Below, in pieces: positions 27,896 through 41,134 of a stretch of 64,000 bases of DNA (position 1 is its first letter; each line of letters begins with the position of its first letter). The stretch is from the human T2T-CHM13v2.0 reference genome, Homo sapiens, in assembly GCF_009914755.1 (NCBI RefSeq), contig NC_060926.1. One strand, 5' to 3'. The notes beneath the pieces are model-generated. The model had not been told where the DNA came from, ran no database searches, and saw only the letters and a program-made list of their open reading frames with translations. Position numbers and translations under genes: made by a program.

Positions 27896-28789
27896 GTATG
27901 CTATAAAGGTATACCCTGGACTTTGCTTGGTTCTCCCAGTCCATTCTGGGGCACTGAAAAAATTAAAAAAAAAATCCTACTGTCATTTCCTCCGTTTTTG
28001 ATAAGATGGGCCCTTTACAGGGGGAGTTTAGTATTAAGAAAAAAAATTCAACTTTTTTCTGAGTAGTTTTCTAATCCTTCAGTTTAGTTATCTTCAAATT
28101 GGAGATTCTGGTTAGATTCCTCAGGCTTTGTCAGATGTCTCTTCTTCCTACAGTCAATTTTTCAGAAATAGAGACAGAACTGAGCTCTGTACTAAGCTGC
28201 ACTCTCCTGGTGTCTCTTAATTTGTGCATAAAATTACAAAGTTTTAAAAATAATATTTTAGAACTTTTCCTAGTTAATTTTTTACATTGACTTTTTTTCT
28301 AAAATGCATTTTATATTGGGAAGAGATTCTGTGATTGTTTCATTCTGCAATGCTTACCCATGAGTTACAGTTTTATATATAGAAGCAAATAAGGAAGTTT
28401 ATATATAGCTAGATAGATAAAGGAAACAAATATTCTATGAGAAGTTATGTAAATTGAAGTGAAACCGTATTATGAAACAGCATACAACCATCAAAACCAT
28501 ATTTAAGGAGATTTAAAAAAATAACATAGGAAATGCTGTGTTAAATTTTGAAATGTTCAAGTAATACATACAGAGGAGAATAATCTTAACCATGTAAAAA
28601 ATACAGTTTATTGTTCAAGAAGCCCGACTAAACATATGTGTTTACCTCTCCTTCATTCAAAAATCCCATTGAAATGACAGAAGGAAATATAACAATAGCA
28701 ATAAATCACAAGAAATGTGGCAATGATAAATAGCCAGGAAAGGAGCCTCTTGCATTTCAAACCAGAATAAAATTTTTAGTTTTTAGTTT

Positions 28790-29091
28790 TTGGTCAATTG
28801 TGGTCTGAAAATATAAAATGAAAAATTCCAGAAATAAATGATTCATAAGTTTTAAATTGCTTGCTGTTCTAAGTAGCGTGGTAAAATTTCACAATGTCCC
28901 CACACCATCATGAATCGTGTCTTTGTCCAGCATATCCACACTGTATACACTCTCTGCCCATCACTTAGTAGTTCTCTCAGTTATGAGATAGAGAAAACAC
29001 AGTTTACACAGGATTTGATACTTTCTGCTGTTTCAGGCATCCACTGGGGGTCTTGGAACACATCTCCTGCAGATAAGAAGGGACTTCTGTA
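28790..29091. mobile_element. Tigger4 (MER46-like) DNA transposon fragment
   Basis: tttcaggcatccactgggggtcttggaac ... gataagaagggacttctg|ta terminal repeat ending at a TA. Confidence 0.8.
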
Positions 29092-29189
29092 CGTGCTTTA
29101 ATAAACTCACCTGATTAAAACACCTTTTCTTTATTAATAACATGTACAATATACAATAGCAGTATTAGTTTTATGGTCCTAGTTACTAG

Positions 29190-29362
29190 CCTTTTATTCA
29201 ACAATTATGAGGTACCTATCCTCTAGTAGGTAGTTAAAATGAGACAGTGTACAAAATAGGCAAAAATCTTGGCCCTCATAGGTGAGCAAAAACAATACAA
29301 AAATAAACTATATGCATATACACACACATACTCATATGTATATGTACACACATATATGTGTG

Positions 29363-29404
<42 letters not shown>

Positions 29405-29770
29405 ATTTGTTAGAAGGTGATTCATGCAGTGAGAAAAAGAAACCATAGGTCTCAGTAAAGGATATTAAGATCACTGGTGTGGGACTTGAGGAACAGGTTG
29501 TGATTTTAAACAGGATGGTAAACATGAATGTCATTTAGCAGATGGCATTTGAGCAAACACTTGCAAAAGGTGAGGAAGATAGCCATCATAGCTGATGGAA
29601 CAAGCAAAACAAAAGTCATAAGGAAGAATTGTACTCGTGTGTTTGAAGACATCAAGGAATCCGGGGCGATAGACATAGCAAGTGAGGGGAGGGTATGAGA
29701 GGAATTGGGTGGGAGGCACAGTGGGAGGCCAGGGCATTTAAGATGTTGAGGACTTTCGGCTTCATGCAGC
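29190..29770 (-). mobile_element. L2 fragment containing a (TA)n/(CA)n microsatellite at ~29310-29403
   Basis: attcaacaa ... gccctcat ... tttgagcaaacacttg ... gtgtttgaagacatcaagga. Confidence 0.6.
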
Positions 29771-30149
29771 ATAACTGAGTATATTTAAGAAAGAATGCTC
29801 ATTGAATGTTCCCGTTACACCATGCACTGAGGTAAGCGCTTTATTTATATTTCTCTGTGATTTTTTTGGTTAGTCTTCATAAGAACCCTACGTACAAAAT
29901 AGTATTATTAATATCTATATTTTATTAACAAGCATGTTTAGTCCTAAAGAAGTCGATTAACTCACCCAAGGTCACATAGATGGTAAATGATGAGAACTGT
30001 ATCTAGGCTTTCCGACACCTGTCTGTTTGATCATAGCATTATCCTGAGTCCAAGTTGAATGGCTTCTATTTGATTTTGCAATGTCAAATTACCTGAAATG
30101 ATGTAGACATGCAATTCAAATTTCCACTGCTGTGCAAAGACTTAATTCT

Positions 30150-30505
30150 TGCTATGGGCTGAAAGTTTCCATTCCCCTCAAATTAATGTTATACTGCTAA
30201 CCCCCAAAGTTGTGGTATTAGGAGCTGGGGAATTTGGGGAGGTGATGAAGTCATTGGGCAGAGTCCTCATGAGTAAGATTAGTGCACTTTTAAAAGAGGC
30301 CTAAAAAAGACTCCTGCTCACCTCTTCCACCATGTGAGGGCACAGCAAGAAGGTGCCATCAGTGAACCAGAAAGTGAGCACTCATGAGGCATGGAATCTG
30401 CCAGTGCCTTGATCTGGGACTTCCCAGCATCCAGGGCTGTACGAAAGTTCTGTAGTCTGTGAGCCGTCCAGTTTATGGTATTTTGTTATAGCAGCCCAAA
30501 TGCTA
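30150..30505 (+). mobile_element. MaLR LTR (MLT1A-like)
   Basis: tgctatgggctgaa ... ccaccatgtgagggcacagcaagaaggtgccatc ... tggtattttgttatagcagccc. Confidence 0.85.
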
Positions 30506-33500
30506 TATGTACTTAGCCCATGTGGACTAAGATAATTGGTAAGAGGTCTTCACACTTTCTCAGCTACCAGAAAGTACATTTGAATTCAACTGAGGAAATC
30601 TATTTAGTCATTGTTTTGCCATGTTACCCCCACCCAACAAGCATTTGTTATGTTTTCATGTTGCAAGTTGGATTCTTGGAGAGGCCTTTGGGATCAACCC
30701 TTGTGAAAAGGAGAGAAGAGAAAGGGGAATAGGCAGAAGAGGAATGAGCTGTGATGGAGGCCCACTGATGGCCTCAGCTGATCTCACCAGAAGCTTGGCA
30801 CTCTGGTGGCTCTCAGCAAGACTTTATTCCCTTACATCAATCCATCATTGGTTGTGGGCCTCTGAAGGAGTATTGAGGCACAACACCTTACAGCATCCAC
30901 CACAATCTGTAGCATCAAAATGCTTTCTGATTACTTGAGTTGCCCTGGGTGCTACAAGGGAAATACAAGCAGACTCTAAGTGTGGTTTTATTGATGTTGA
31001 AGTAGCTTCCTTTCATGGAAAAAGAGGCAAAAACCTCGACATTTCCCCTATTTCCCCTTCTGGTGTACAGAAATGCATTTGGTGTGGATCTATAAATTTA
31101 AAGCTAATAAGATTTCTATTCTACTGATGCTATAACTGTTTGATAATCTAAAAAGATTCTCAAATGATTTTTGTGGTGGGGATAACCTAGATTTGTGAAG
31201 GTGCACATATGGGTTTGTGAGTGTGTGTTTTAAACATATAATAGAAATAGAAGAGAGATAACATAAGGAAATGTGTCACTTTTCCCAATTTTTCATTCTC
31301 ATGAATGCTCACTTCTTCCTTTCGCTTTCATGGTTGCTGAGGGTTATTTGCTGGCGGGACAATAGTCCCTGTGTCAAAGGGCTGGTGGGTCAACTCACCA
31401 AGCTAAGCTGCTGCTGACAGATGAGTGATGGAAAGATGTACTGTTGTATCTGTCAGCTCTGATGAGAAAAAGTGGAGCTTAGCTTAGAATCATTCTCATT
31501 TCCAGATTTTTATTTGTATTGTTATTTTATTCCTGAAAAGAGGATTGATTTCTTTCTGCATTATGTAGGTCTCTTTTTCAATGCTCCCGGGTAAACCAAT
31601 CTCAAAGCACAAAGACTGAAATTCCTCTACTTTCCACAGTTTGTAGGCAACGAATTTAGAATGTGTCTCATCACCACTTTATTCTTCTCATCACCTCGAA
31701 AAGTGACTAGCAGAATTCCCACTTGGTTTATAATAAAAGAAAGCAACAATTTCATCTACGAATTAGCATACTAGTATGAATGCGCACTCTTGAAAATAAA
31801 TGTGCTATTTTGTATAGTCTTGTTTCCTGAGAGAGCAGTGACTTGCATTTTTATATAAACATGCTGAATTTTACGTGTGTTTAGAAAAATTTGGCATACA
31901 TATTTCCAGAATACTGAAAATCTGACAAACCCTTGTGCCCTACTGTTGTTACCCAACGTTCCTTCTCTGGGAACTGCCTATTAAAAAATCCTGCAGATTG
32001 TCTCCCATCCCTTATTAAAATGTGCAGGAAATAAGCCTAACTGTTAAGTGTATGAAGGTCTTGAAAACCATACTCTGCTGGCTATTGTCATTGACATTAA
32101 ACTCCCTAAAATATTCTAAAACAAGGACATTCAAGTTAACCTTACTTCATTATTTAACACTAAAGAAGGCAACATGGATTCTCCAATCTCTGAGATTGTT
32201 AGGAGATAAGATCTTCCAGAACCTTATCACTCAATCACAGAATCAAAGAATGTGCTCAGCTAAGACACATTGATTGACAAATCCTTTATGCATATGAGTG
32301 ACAATGTCAGCTTTCAGGAAGCAGAGAAAAGATGAAGAAAAATAAAATCTCTAGATGACTCACAATTAACTAGGACAAATTTTCTGGACATACAGAGTTC
32401 ATAGGTACCTTGGGAGGCGTTTATAATGTTTGCCCGTTAATTGAAGCATTTATTTATTTAATAATCAAACATTTATTGAATGCCTATGGGGATCCAGGAT
32501 TTAAAGATACAGAGCTTAAAAACTGAGACCTTGCCTCTGCTATAGGGATTTACAGAAAAAGAAATGAATTTATAATGCAATAGAACGAAGGCATCTCTGG
32601 AAGCACGCTCAGGAATATGGAAGGATATGGGCTGGAAACCAAACCCAAATAGCAGACATGGAGGAAGATGTTTTGTTTTTTCTTCAGGAATTCCACGTGA
32701 CTTCATATAAGCTTGAAATATGAGTATGGATAGGCCAGGAGGCCCAGGAACAGGGATTGGTGAAGTGGTAGTGATGGTGGGTTGGGGTTACATAAAGGAG
32801 AGAAAGGACAGCACATTCGGAGTCACCAAGGGGCAGGATTGAGAAACTGCAAGCAATTCAAGATGGCGGGAATAGAACTGATGAGGCTAGAAATAAAGAG
32901 GTTGATCTATAAGAGGAGGACAAGGGCCAGATCGAGGCCTTATAAGCCCTGCTAAGGAATTTGAATTTTATCATGAAGGCAATAGGGACCCAGTGAAGGC
33001 TAAGTAGGGAGATCCTATGGACATTTCTGCTTTAGAGCTGGGAGTTACACACAGGGGTTTTAAATCCATTAGGGCCATGAAATTAGATATTCAGACCGGT
33101 ATATTTTCTTAATGAAATAGAATCAATTATAATAAAAAGGAAATCTTAAAATACATTGCAAGTAGTAATAGTAATTAATTTGTTTTATACAATTTGTGTA
33201 GTAGGTCACAAAGTAAGTTTTTGTTACTGAGGGTGTGGCCAAAATAATTTGAGAAGCAGTAATTTAGAAAGATCTTTCAGGCAGCTGAAAGCAGGGAGAG
33301 CAGTTAAAAGATTATTCCTAGAACCATATTATACAAGAGGAGAGAAGTGGGTCCTGCAGAATCATGGGAAGATGGGAGGACACGTCATTTCATTCCTGTG
33401 ATGTCTCTGAGGTGACTAAAGCCTCCAGACTCTGCATTTCATAGATTGCAACATGAGACATGGATGCCTATGACCTCTCAAAGGAAGGGCTTCCACCATG

Positions 33501-35330
33501 TTTGCAGTGCTGCTTTGCTGTTCCCTCCACCTCAGATGATAGTGCTTCATTTCTACATGAAAGGTCCATTATTCGAAAGACAGCTTAAAGTGTTGCATTT
33601 TCCATGAAATTTCCTCAGATCTCCCTATCTAGAAATAACCTAGCATCAATCCTTTCTTCCACTGTATTAGTCATTTGTGTAGCATGCCCCATAAATCCCT
33701 TCTTGCTGCATCCACCTGTTGAATGGTCTTCAGAATAATCAACACTATTTGAAAAGTGCTTACAAGTGTCTTTGCATTTCTTCCTTCTCTTCCCTCTTCT
33801 AGAATGTGAGACACTTGAGGGCAGGAGTGGAACTGTCTTCTTCACTATTTCAAGGGCCAGGAAAGGGAGTGACATTGAGAAGAGACTGAATAAAAAGTTA
33901 TTAAATGAAGGAATGGATTTAAAAGCACCCTGATCAGCAGTGTACCTGAAACAGCATATACTTCATATCACAACTGTAGTATCTTCATCCTTGCTCATGT
34001 TTTTTCCACTGCACTAAAGTGCTTCTTTAAATAGAAGAATCAAAATAGTGGGATTCAATGATAAGTAGATGCTATTTTGAAATTTTATTTTGATTAGAAA
34101 TGGATTGCAGTAATATTTTTACTTTCTGTGGAATGGTTATGTACATAATAAATACTCTGCCTGCATTATATTTGCAAAACATCGATGTCTTTGATTTTGT
34201 GGCTTTAGAAAGTTTTTCAAATACAAATTCAATCTGCCATTGTTTGTGTGAGTTGGGGAAAGAAGGGCCCACACATTTTGGAGCTTCCCAAATGGACATG
34301 TTGGCAATGATTCCATGAGTCCTGTCTCTGAAGTCTTTGGGAAGGTCTCCAACCTCCTGCCCACTTATTTTTTTCCTTGTTTATTTTTATGGAGGAAGCC
34401 AAAATCAAGTTGAGGATATTTAATTATAGGCTGTGGCTTTCTTTAGAATTAAAATAATCAGTGATATATTACCATTTTGCCAAACATCTCATGATGCTCT
34501 TGTTTTTAAGGATGACAATAATTTTTAATTTAAAATGCAAACAAACCTGCTGCTTAGCCCTTTGTGCTTTACCTGTTGAGAGTATTTGGAAATCTGACAT
34601 TGGAAGGCTTGTGTTACCTTTCATCAGGTTCAACAAGGCAGTAGCAACATAAAGAAAACCCTGGGGAGTCAGACTCATGATACACTCATAGGCTTATTTA
34701 GCGTTAAGATACAAATATCTAGGATGTGAAGTCCATGCTAATGGTTGATGGAAGAATTTAAATTATTGCTATAACCTGACCATGCACAATTGTCTAACTC
34801 TTACTTTGGATTGATTGCTTATATGTGATGTCATAATGTGGTTAAGAAAGGCAAAAATTTACTGAAATCAAAATACCTGGATTGTAATTGCCGTTCTGCT
34901 ATAAGTTAGTTGTGCAATAATTAGAGGATTCTAAAACAAAGCTATAACAGCAACAACAAATATAGACAAATGTAGTTGAATTCAAGGAATTATAGACAAA
35001 TTTAAAATCAAATTCTACTTTCAGCACTTACCATTTTTGTTAGATTGAGCAAGGCCCTGCACCTCTCAGAGCCTCAGTTTTCTCATTTGTGAAAAATGGT
35101 GCATCACGAGCTTATCAGAATTCACTGAGTTGTGTTATTGAAATGCCTAGGAAAAATGCTGGGGATATTATTTTTTTGTATAACTAAACTCAGGTGAACT
35201 GAAGCACTGCTGGAGCTGTTTTGGGAGAAAGTGACCAAGATCTAGAAGAGGTGGGAAAAGAGTCTTGAACAAAGAGTACTTGGAGGATGAAATTCAGTAA
35301 TTCAAACTTAAAATAATTCAGACGTAAAGC

Positions 35331-35715
35331 TGTTGGAACTTTATTCTGAGGAATGTGGCTGTGAAGCCTGAGTCGCATGGCATGCGGATGCAACTTCCGT
35401 CTTTTTTCTGTAAACATTCAGGACCAAATAGTGCCAAAGAAAAGACACCTCCCCCACCTCAGATTATCCTCCTCATGGAGTAATAAAGTCCTCTTCCTTG
35501 TAGCTAATCAAATCACTGGGGTGTTTGCACTGGTCTTGTATAAAAAATATAATCCTGCTAAAATTTCTATGTAAAGGAAACCATACCTTCTCTACTTTGG
35601 AATGCTGGCCCCATTCCTTTGGAGTCGATGTTTCTGGGTGGCCCGCCTCAAACTTTGCCTCAAAGAAACTGTATACTTAATCATATTTTCTGAATCTCAT
35701 TATTTAAAGTTGACA
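35331..35715 (+). mobile_element. Solo LTR (LTR47-like)
   Basis: TG...CA termini (tgttggaactttattctgag ... attatttaaagttgaca). The subfamily is tentative. Confidence 0.6.
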
Positions 35716-35969
35716 GGAGGAACTGGGAAGTTCACAGTGGAGAAGAGAAGGGAGCATATTAAAAAGAGAAGTGGGTTGAGAGTTGGAAATATGATTTATC
35801 CACTCAGCACTGCCACTAAATATGTATGCCATGGGAGGCTGGTGACTGTCCTATTCTGGACCAATTTTTCTTGGCTTAAAAAATGAGAAAGTTGAAGTGG
35901 ATGACCTTTGAAGTCTCTCACTGCTTTCACAATCACTTGAGTCTGAGGATAAACCGAGCAGCTACTTGC

Positions 35970-36150
35970 ACATTTTTAAAAGTATTAATATATGGTAGGA
36001 GGAATAGACTTATTCAGTGCTGCTATGGAAGGCAGAACAAGTCGTGAAAGTTATATTGAGAAAGAATATTTGCTTAACATAAAAAAGGGCCTCTCAAAAA
36101 ATTAGAATTATTTAATGATAGAAAAGCTGCCTTAGAAGGTGGTAAGCTCC
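35970..36150 (+). mobile_element. L3/CR1 fragment
   Basis: tagacttattc ... gaaggcagaac ... gctgccttagaaggtggtaagctcc. Confidence 0.5.
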
Positions 36151-36489
36151 AATGTTGAGATTTTAAGTCTCTGTATTTCCTCTAAATATTTAGAATATTC
36201 TTCCTTTCACTTTTTCACTAAGCCGGTTCATATTAAGATACAACCAACTTATCACCTTTTTGGGGGAAACTTCCTAGGGTTTCTCTGTCTGGTAAAATCA
36301 TCCCCTTTCTTTTCCCTCAGACTTTTGTGCTTATCTCTATTTTGGGGGCCTATTTGGGGGCAAAAATTTGTCATGATGAGAAATTGAAACCTCTCCAAAA
36401 TGGAAGAATACTTGAAAAATTATGGGATAGCCATGTGATAAAATACTTCACAATCATTTAAAATTTTGTTCATGAAAAGATTGTTTTGA

Positions 36490-36861
<372 letters not shown>

Positions 36862-38259
36862 TAACTCCAACTGTTTTAAATGTGCTTATAAACACTTGAA
36901 TAGAAGGGTATATATATTAAAATACTCATTTTGAAAGTGGGCAAATCTTTACAGGCAAATATTTATTATTTTATCTACATTTTTCTTTATTTTCTTATGT
37001 TCTCAAGTGAGCATGTCTGCTTTTATAATATAAAAATTGTTAAAATAGAAAAACAATAACTTGTATTTTGAAAACCAAGAAAATAGTTGATATTCAATTA
37101 CCTGGATTTCTGGATTGGGTTTTGTGCTGTCACAAATTGTGCCGTCACAAATGACACACATGACACACAAATAACACAAATGACACAAATGACACAAAAC
37201 TGTCATGCACAATTCCTGATGAATAATCTTTTTATTTTGCAAGCATCTTTTGTCCTTCATCCTCATCCAGTATCCAGCATCACAGGCCACCGCAGGAAAG
37301 CTGAGGCCCCGTGGACAATGAAACCACATAAACTGAGCTCAGAGAAATGCAGCTTGATGAAATAAAGTAGTTGAAATGGAAAAATAGTTCCCTATATTCT
37401 TCCTGATTCCTTCAGGTTACCTGCTCCAACTATGGCTAAAGTGCTGGAGAGTTTTGATTGCCAGCCACTTCTTGATCATTTCTTTGAGTCTCTATTCTTT
37501 CCTGGTTTAAGCTTTTAACCCTATCCTTCCAGAGCTCCTGGCATGAAAGGGGCTAAGGTCCTAGTGATCGTAATACAACAAAACTCTGATGTTGACTCCA
37601 GGGAGGGAAAGAATTCAACATCAATGTGCTATATAATCCAAAGAAAGGATTTGGTTTTATTGTGAGCAGGTGACTCAAGTCAGGTGCCTGCAATAAGCTA
37701 GAAAAAGGCAACTTTGTGAAAGTTATCAAGCTGTTAATCTAGTTTAATCTCCTCAACCAGCAAACATTGGGAAAGAGCATACAATATTCCAGGCTCAGTG
37801 CTAGGCATTTAGGGTAACATAAAGGTAAAGAAATCTCAAGGTACTCATCAGGGATGGCAGCAAGCAGAGATGTGAAGAAACAATTACGATGCTGAGCCAT
37901 AGGCACAACTCTACACATTATCCACAGTGTATACACATTATACACATACATGTGCATGTGACTGTGTCTTCCAACTTAGGCGGACATGAACAATGAGAAA
38001 AAGAGTTTTAAGACTGAATGAGAATTTACCGAAAAATATGAGCAAAGGAAAAAAGAGGTTTTTAGGTGGATGAAAGTGCCCAGGTAGATCCTTAGACATA
38101 TGAATAGGTATATGTGATGGGAGATTAATTGTTTACTTTCATTAATATTTAGTGGGAGCCTATGCATATTAGGAACTATATCAGGAACTGTTTTAGGTAA
38201 TGAGAATCCCAAGCTGAGCTTATATTGTGTCAGGAAGGGAGAAAATAAACCTATTAACA

Positions 38260-38935
38260 AATAAAAGTATAATTCCTACTCTGCCCTCAAGGAGGTGGAG
38301 CTTGTCTTCCTACCCCATAAGTGTGGGTAGCATATAGTGCCTTTCTTTCAAAGAACACAGCGTGGAAAAGAGTAGGAGGAGAAACAACTTCCCAGTGGAG
38401 AAACCTGACAAACTTTTCCTCCACCAGGTCATGAAGGTCAACATCAACAGTCATAAATCATGTGTATAACATTTACCTTTGATACACTGCGATGAAAAGG
38501 GCACTTCACCTCTGCAGTCTTTCTCCCCAGAACACATAACCCTAGTCTAATCATGAGAAAAAATCAGACAAATTTCAAAAGGGAAAAATTTTATAGAATA
38601 CATGGCCAATGCTCCTGAAAACATTAAAAGTCATCAAAAAGCAGTAACGTGTGAGGAATTATCCCAGCAGAGAGGAGACCAAGGAGACATGACAGCTGAA
38701 TGTAATGTGTTGTCCTGGATGGGATCCTGGAAGGGAAAAAGGACACTAAGTAAAAACTAAGGAAATATGAATAAAGTATGGACGTTAGTTAATCATAATG
38801 CATTGATATTGTTTTATTCACTCTGACATATGTACCCCTAATGTAAGTTGTTAATAACAGGGGAAACTGAGTGTATGCAATATGGACTCTATAACATCTT
38901 CATAATTTTTCTGTGAATCTAAACCATTTTTTAAA
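38260..38935 (+). mobile_element. L1MC/MD 3' fragment inserted in L2
   Basis: gccctcaaggaggtggagc ... gtggagaaacctgacaa ... cctggatgggatcctggaa ... gttaataacaggggaaactg. Confidence 0.8.
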
Positions 38936-38939
38936 AATA

Positions 38940-40124
38940 TATAATACCAAGTCGGTTGATGATAAGTGCTATGAAACATAGTAAGGCAAGGAATGGGGTC
39001 AGGAAGGGGCTGGGGAGTGAGGAGTCTTTTGGCAAAGGTCCTAGGGGAGGCCTCCATGAGCAGGTGTATTTGAAAGAGTCCTGAGTGAAGAGGGAGAGAT
39101 CATGCCAGCACATGGGAATGCAGATCCTAAGGCCAAAAGGCTGAGACAGGCTTGTTGTGTTTGAAGGACAGCACGCATGCAAGCATGCATAGAGCACAGT
39201 GAGCTAGCGGGAGTACGATGAGGTTAGAGAGGAAGCTGAGGCTAGATTATGTAAAACTTTGGGGGTCATAGTAAAGGATTTGAATTTTACTTGGAGTAAG
39301 ATTGAACAGTGTTGCATGATTTGCCTTGTATATTCCTGAGATTTACCTGGTTGTTGCCTGAACTATAGATAGTAGAGGGCAGAGTGGAAACATGTGAACA
39401 CTTAGTAACCTATTGCAGTGGACTAGTTAAATGTCGATGGCTACCTGGGCCAGGATGGCAGTGGTGGCATTGGTAAGTAGTAGTCAGGTCTTGGATGTGT
39501 TTTGAAGAAACATGGCATGCTGATGCATGAGAATCAGGGAAAAGGAAAAAATTAAGGATGTTTTAAAATTCTTTGGGAAATTGGGTGGATGGTAGATAGG
39601 TGGTCTGAGTCCATAAACTGAATGAGAAGAATGGTGGAGTAAAAGGGTGCAGATGGGGTTAATAGATTTGATGGTGTAAGGCTGAAGACCTTCTCTGATT
39701 AAATCTATTTTTTTTTTTTTTGGAAAATGAGAAGCAGGTCAGTAAGCTGGGAGGAACTTAGGGAGCAACAGATTTCAGTGTTAAAACAAGAATTCAAATT
39801 GAGAGATGTGAAGTTTGAGATTCATGTTAGGCTTCCAATTAGAGAATCAGATGGTTAGTTATGTAGATGACTTTGGAAAGCAAGGTAGTGATAGGAGCTG
39901 AAGTATACACTTAGTTACCAGTTTATATGAGTGTTTAATCAAGCATAAATTGTGAGTTTACATAGGGAATGACCGTAAGTTAGAGGTGTCTGAAGACTGA
40001 GGCCTCTGGAACTGCAAGAGTGAGTGGTCAGAAAGAAAATAATTTAACAAATGGACATTCCATTGATGTGGAAGTAAAAGCAAACAGTGATTGTATTGCA
40101 GGAGCCAAATGCAAAAGTTGTTTT
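38940..40124 (-). mobile_element. L2 LINE (left part; continues after the L1 insertion at 46755)
   Basis: Degenerate L2 antisense sequence. ggagccaaatgcaaaagttgtttt (before the L1) joins tgtgtcaaatgctac (after the L1) as in the L2 consensus. Confidence 0.7.
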
Positions 40125-40564
40125 AAGATAGAAATCAGTTGGAAATGGGTTCCAAGATGGCCGAATAGGAACAGCTCCAGTCTACAGCTCTCAGCACGAG
40201 CGATGCAGAAGACAGGTGATTTCTGCATTTCCAACTGAGGTACCGGGTTCATCTCACTGGGGCTCATCGGAGAGTGGGGGAAGGACAGTGGGTGCAGCTC
40301 ACCAAGCGTGAGCTGAAGCAGGGCGAGGCATCGCCTCACCTGGGAAGTGCAAGGGGTCAGGGAATTCCCTTTCCTAGCCAAGGAAAGGGGTGACAGATGG
40401 CACCTGGAAAATCGGGTCACTCCCACCCTAATACTGTGCTTTTCTGATGGTCTTAGCAAACGGCACACCAGGAGATTATATCCTGCACTTGGCTTGGAGG
40501 GTCCTACACCCACGGAACCTCGCTCATTGCTAGCACAGCAGCCTGGGGGAGGGGCACCCGCCAT
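40028..40564 (-). other. Open L1 antisense ORF0 reading frame (178 aa); translation unproven
   Basis: MAGAPPP...CCASNERGSVGVGPS...IRVGVTRFSRC matches ORF0. ATG is in gcaATGg context, and the frame stays open past the L1 5' end. Confidence 0.5.
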
Positions 40565-41134
40565 TGCTGAGGCTTGAGTAGGTAAACAAAGCGGCTGGGA
40601 AGCTAGAACTGGGTGGAGCCCACCGCAGCTCAAGGAGGCCTGCCTGCCTCTGTAGACTCCACCTCTGGGGGCAGGGCATAGCCAAACAAAAGGCAGCAGA
40701 AACCGCTGCAGACTTAAATGAACCCTACAGCTTGGAAGACAGTAGTGGTTCTCCCAGCATGGAGCTTGAGATCAGAGAAAGGACAGACTGCCTCCTCAAG
40801 TGGGTCCCTGACCCACGAGTAGCCTAACTGGGAGGCACACCCCAATAGGGGCAGACTGACACCCATACGGCTGGGTACCCCTCTTGGACAAAACTTCCAG
40901 AGGAACGATCAGGCAGCAACATTTGCTGTTCACCAATATTCGCTGTTCTTTAGCCTCCACTGCTGATACCCAGGCAAACAGGTTCTGGAGTGGACCTCCA
41001 GCAAACTCCAACAGACCTGCAGCTGAGGGTCCTGACTGTTAGAAGGAAAACTAACAAACAGAAAGGACATCCACACCAAAACCCCATCTGTACATCACCA
41101 TCATCAAAGACCAAAGGTAGATAAAACCACAAAG

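Noticed and set aside
31425-31462. Possible C/D-box snoRNA (gtgatgg ... ctga)
   Set aside because: The C box is imperfect and the C-to-D distance (~38 nt) is too short.
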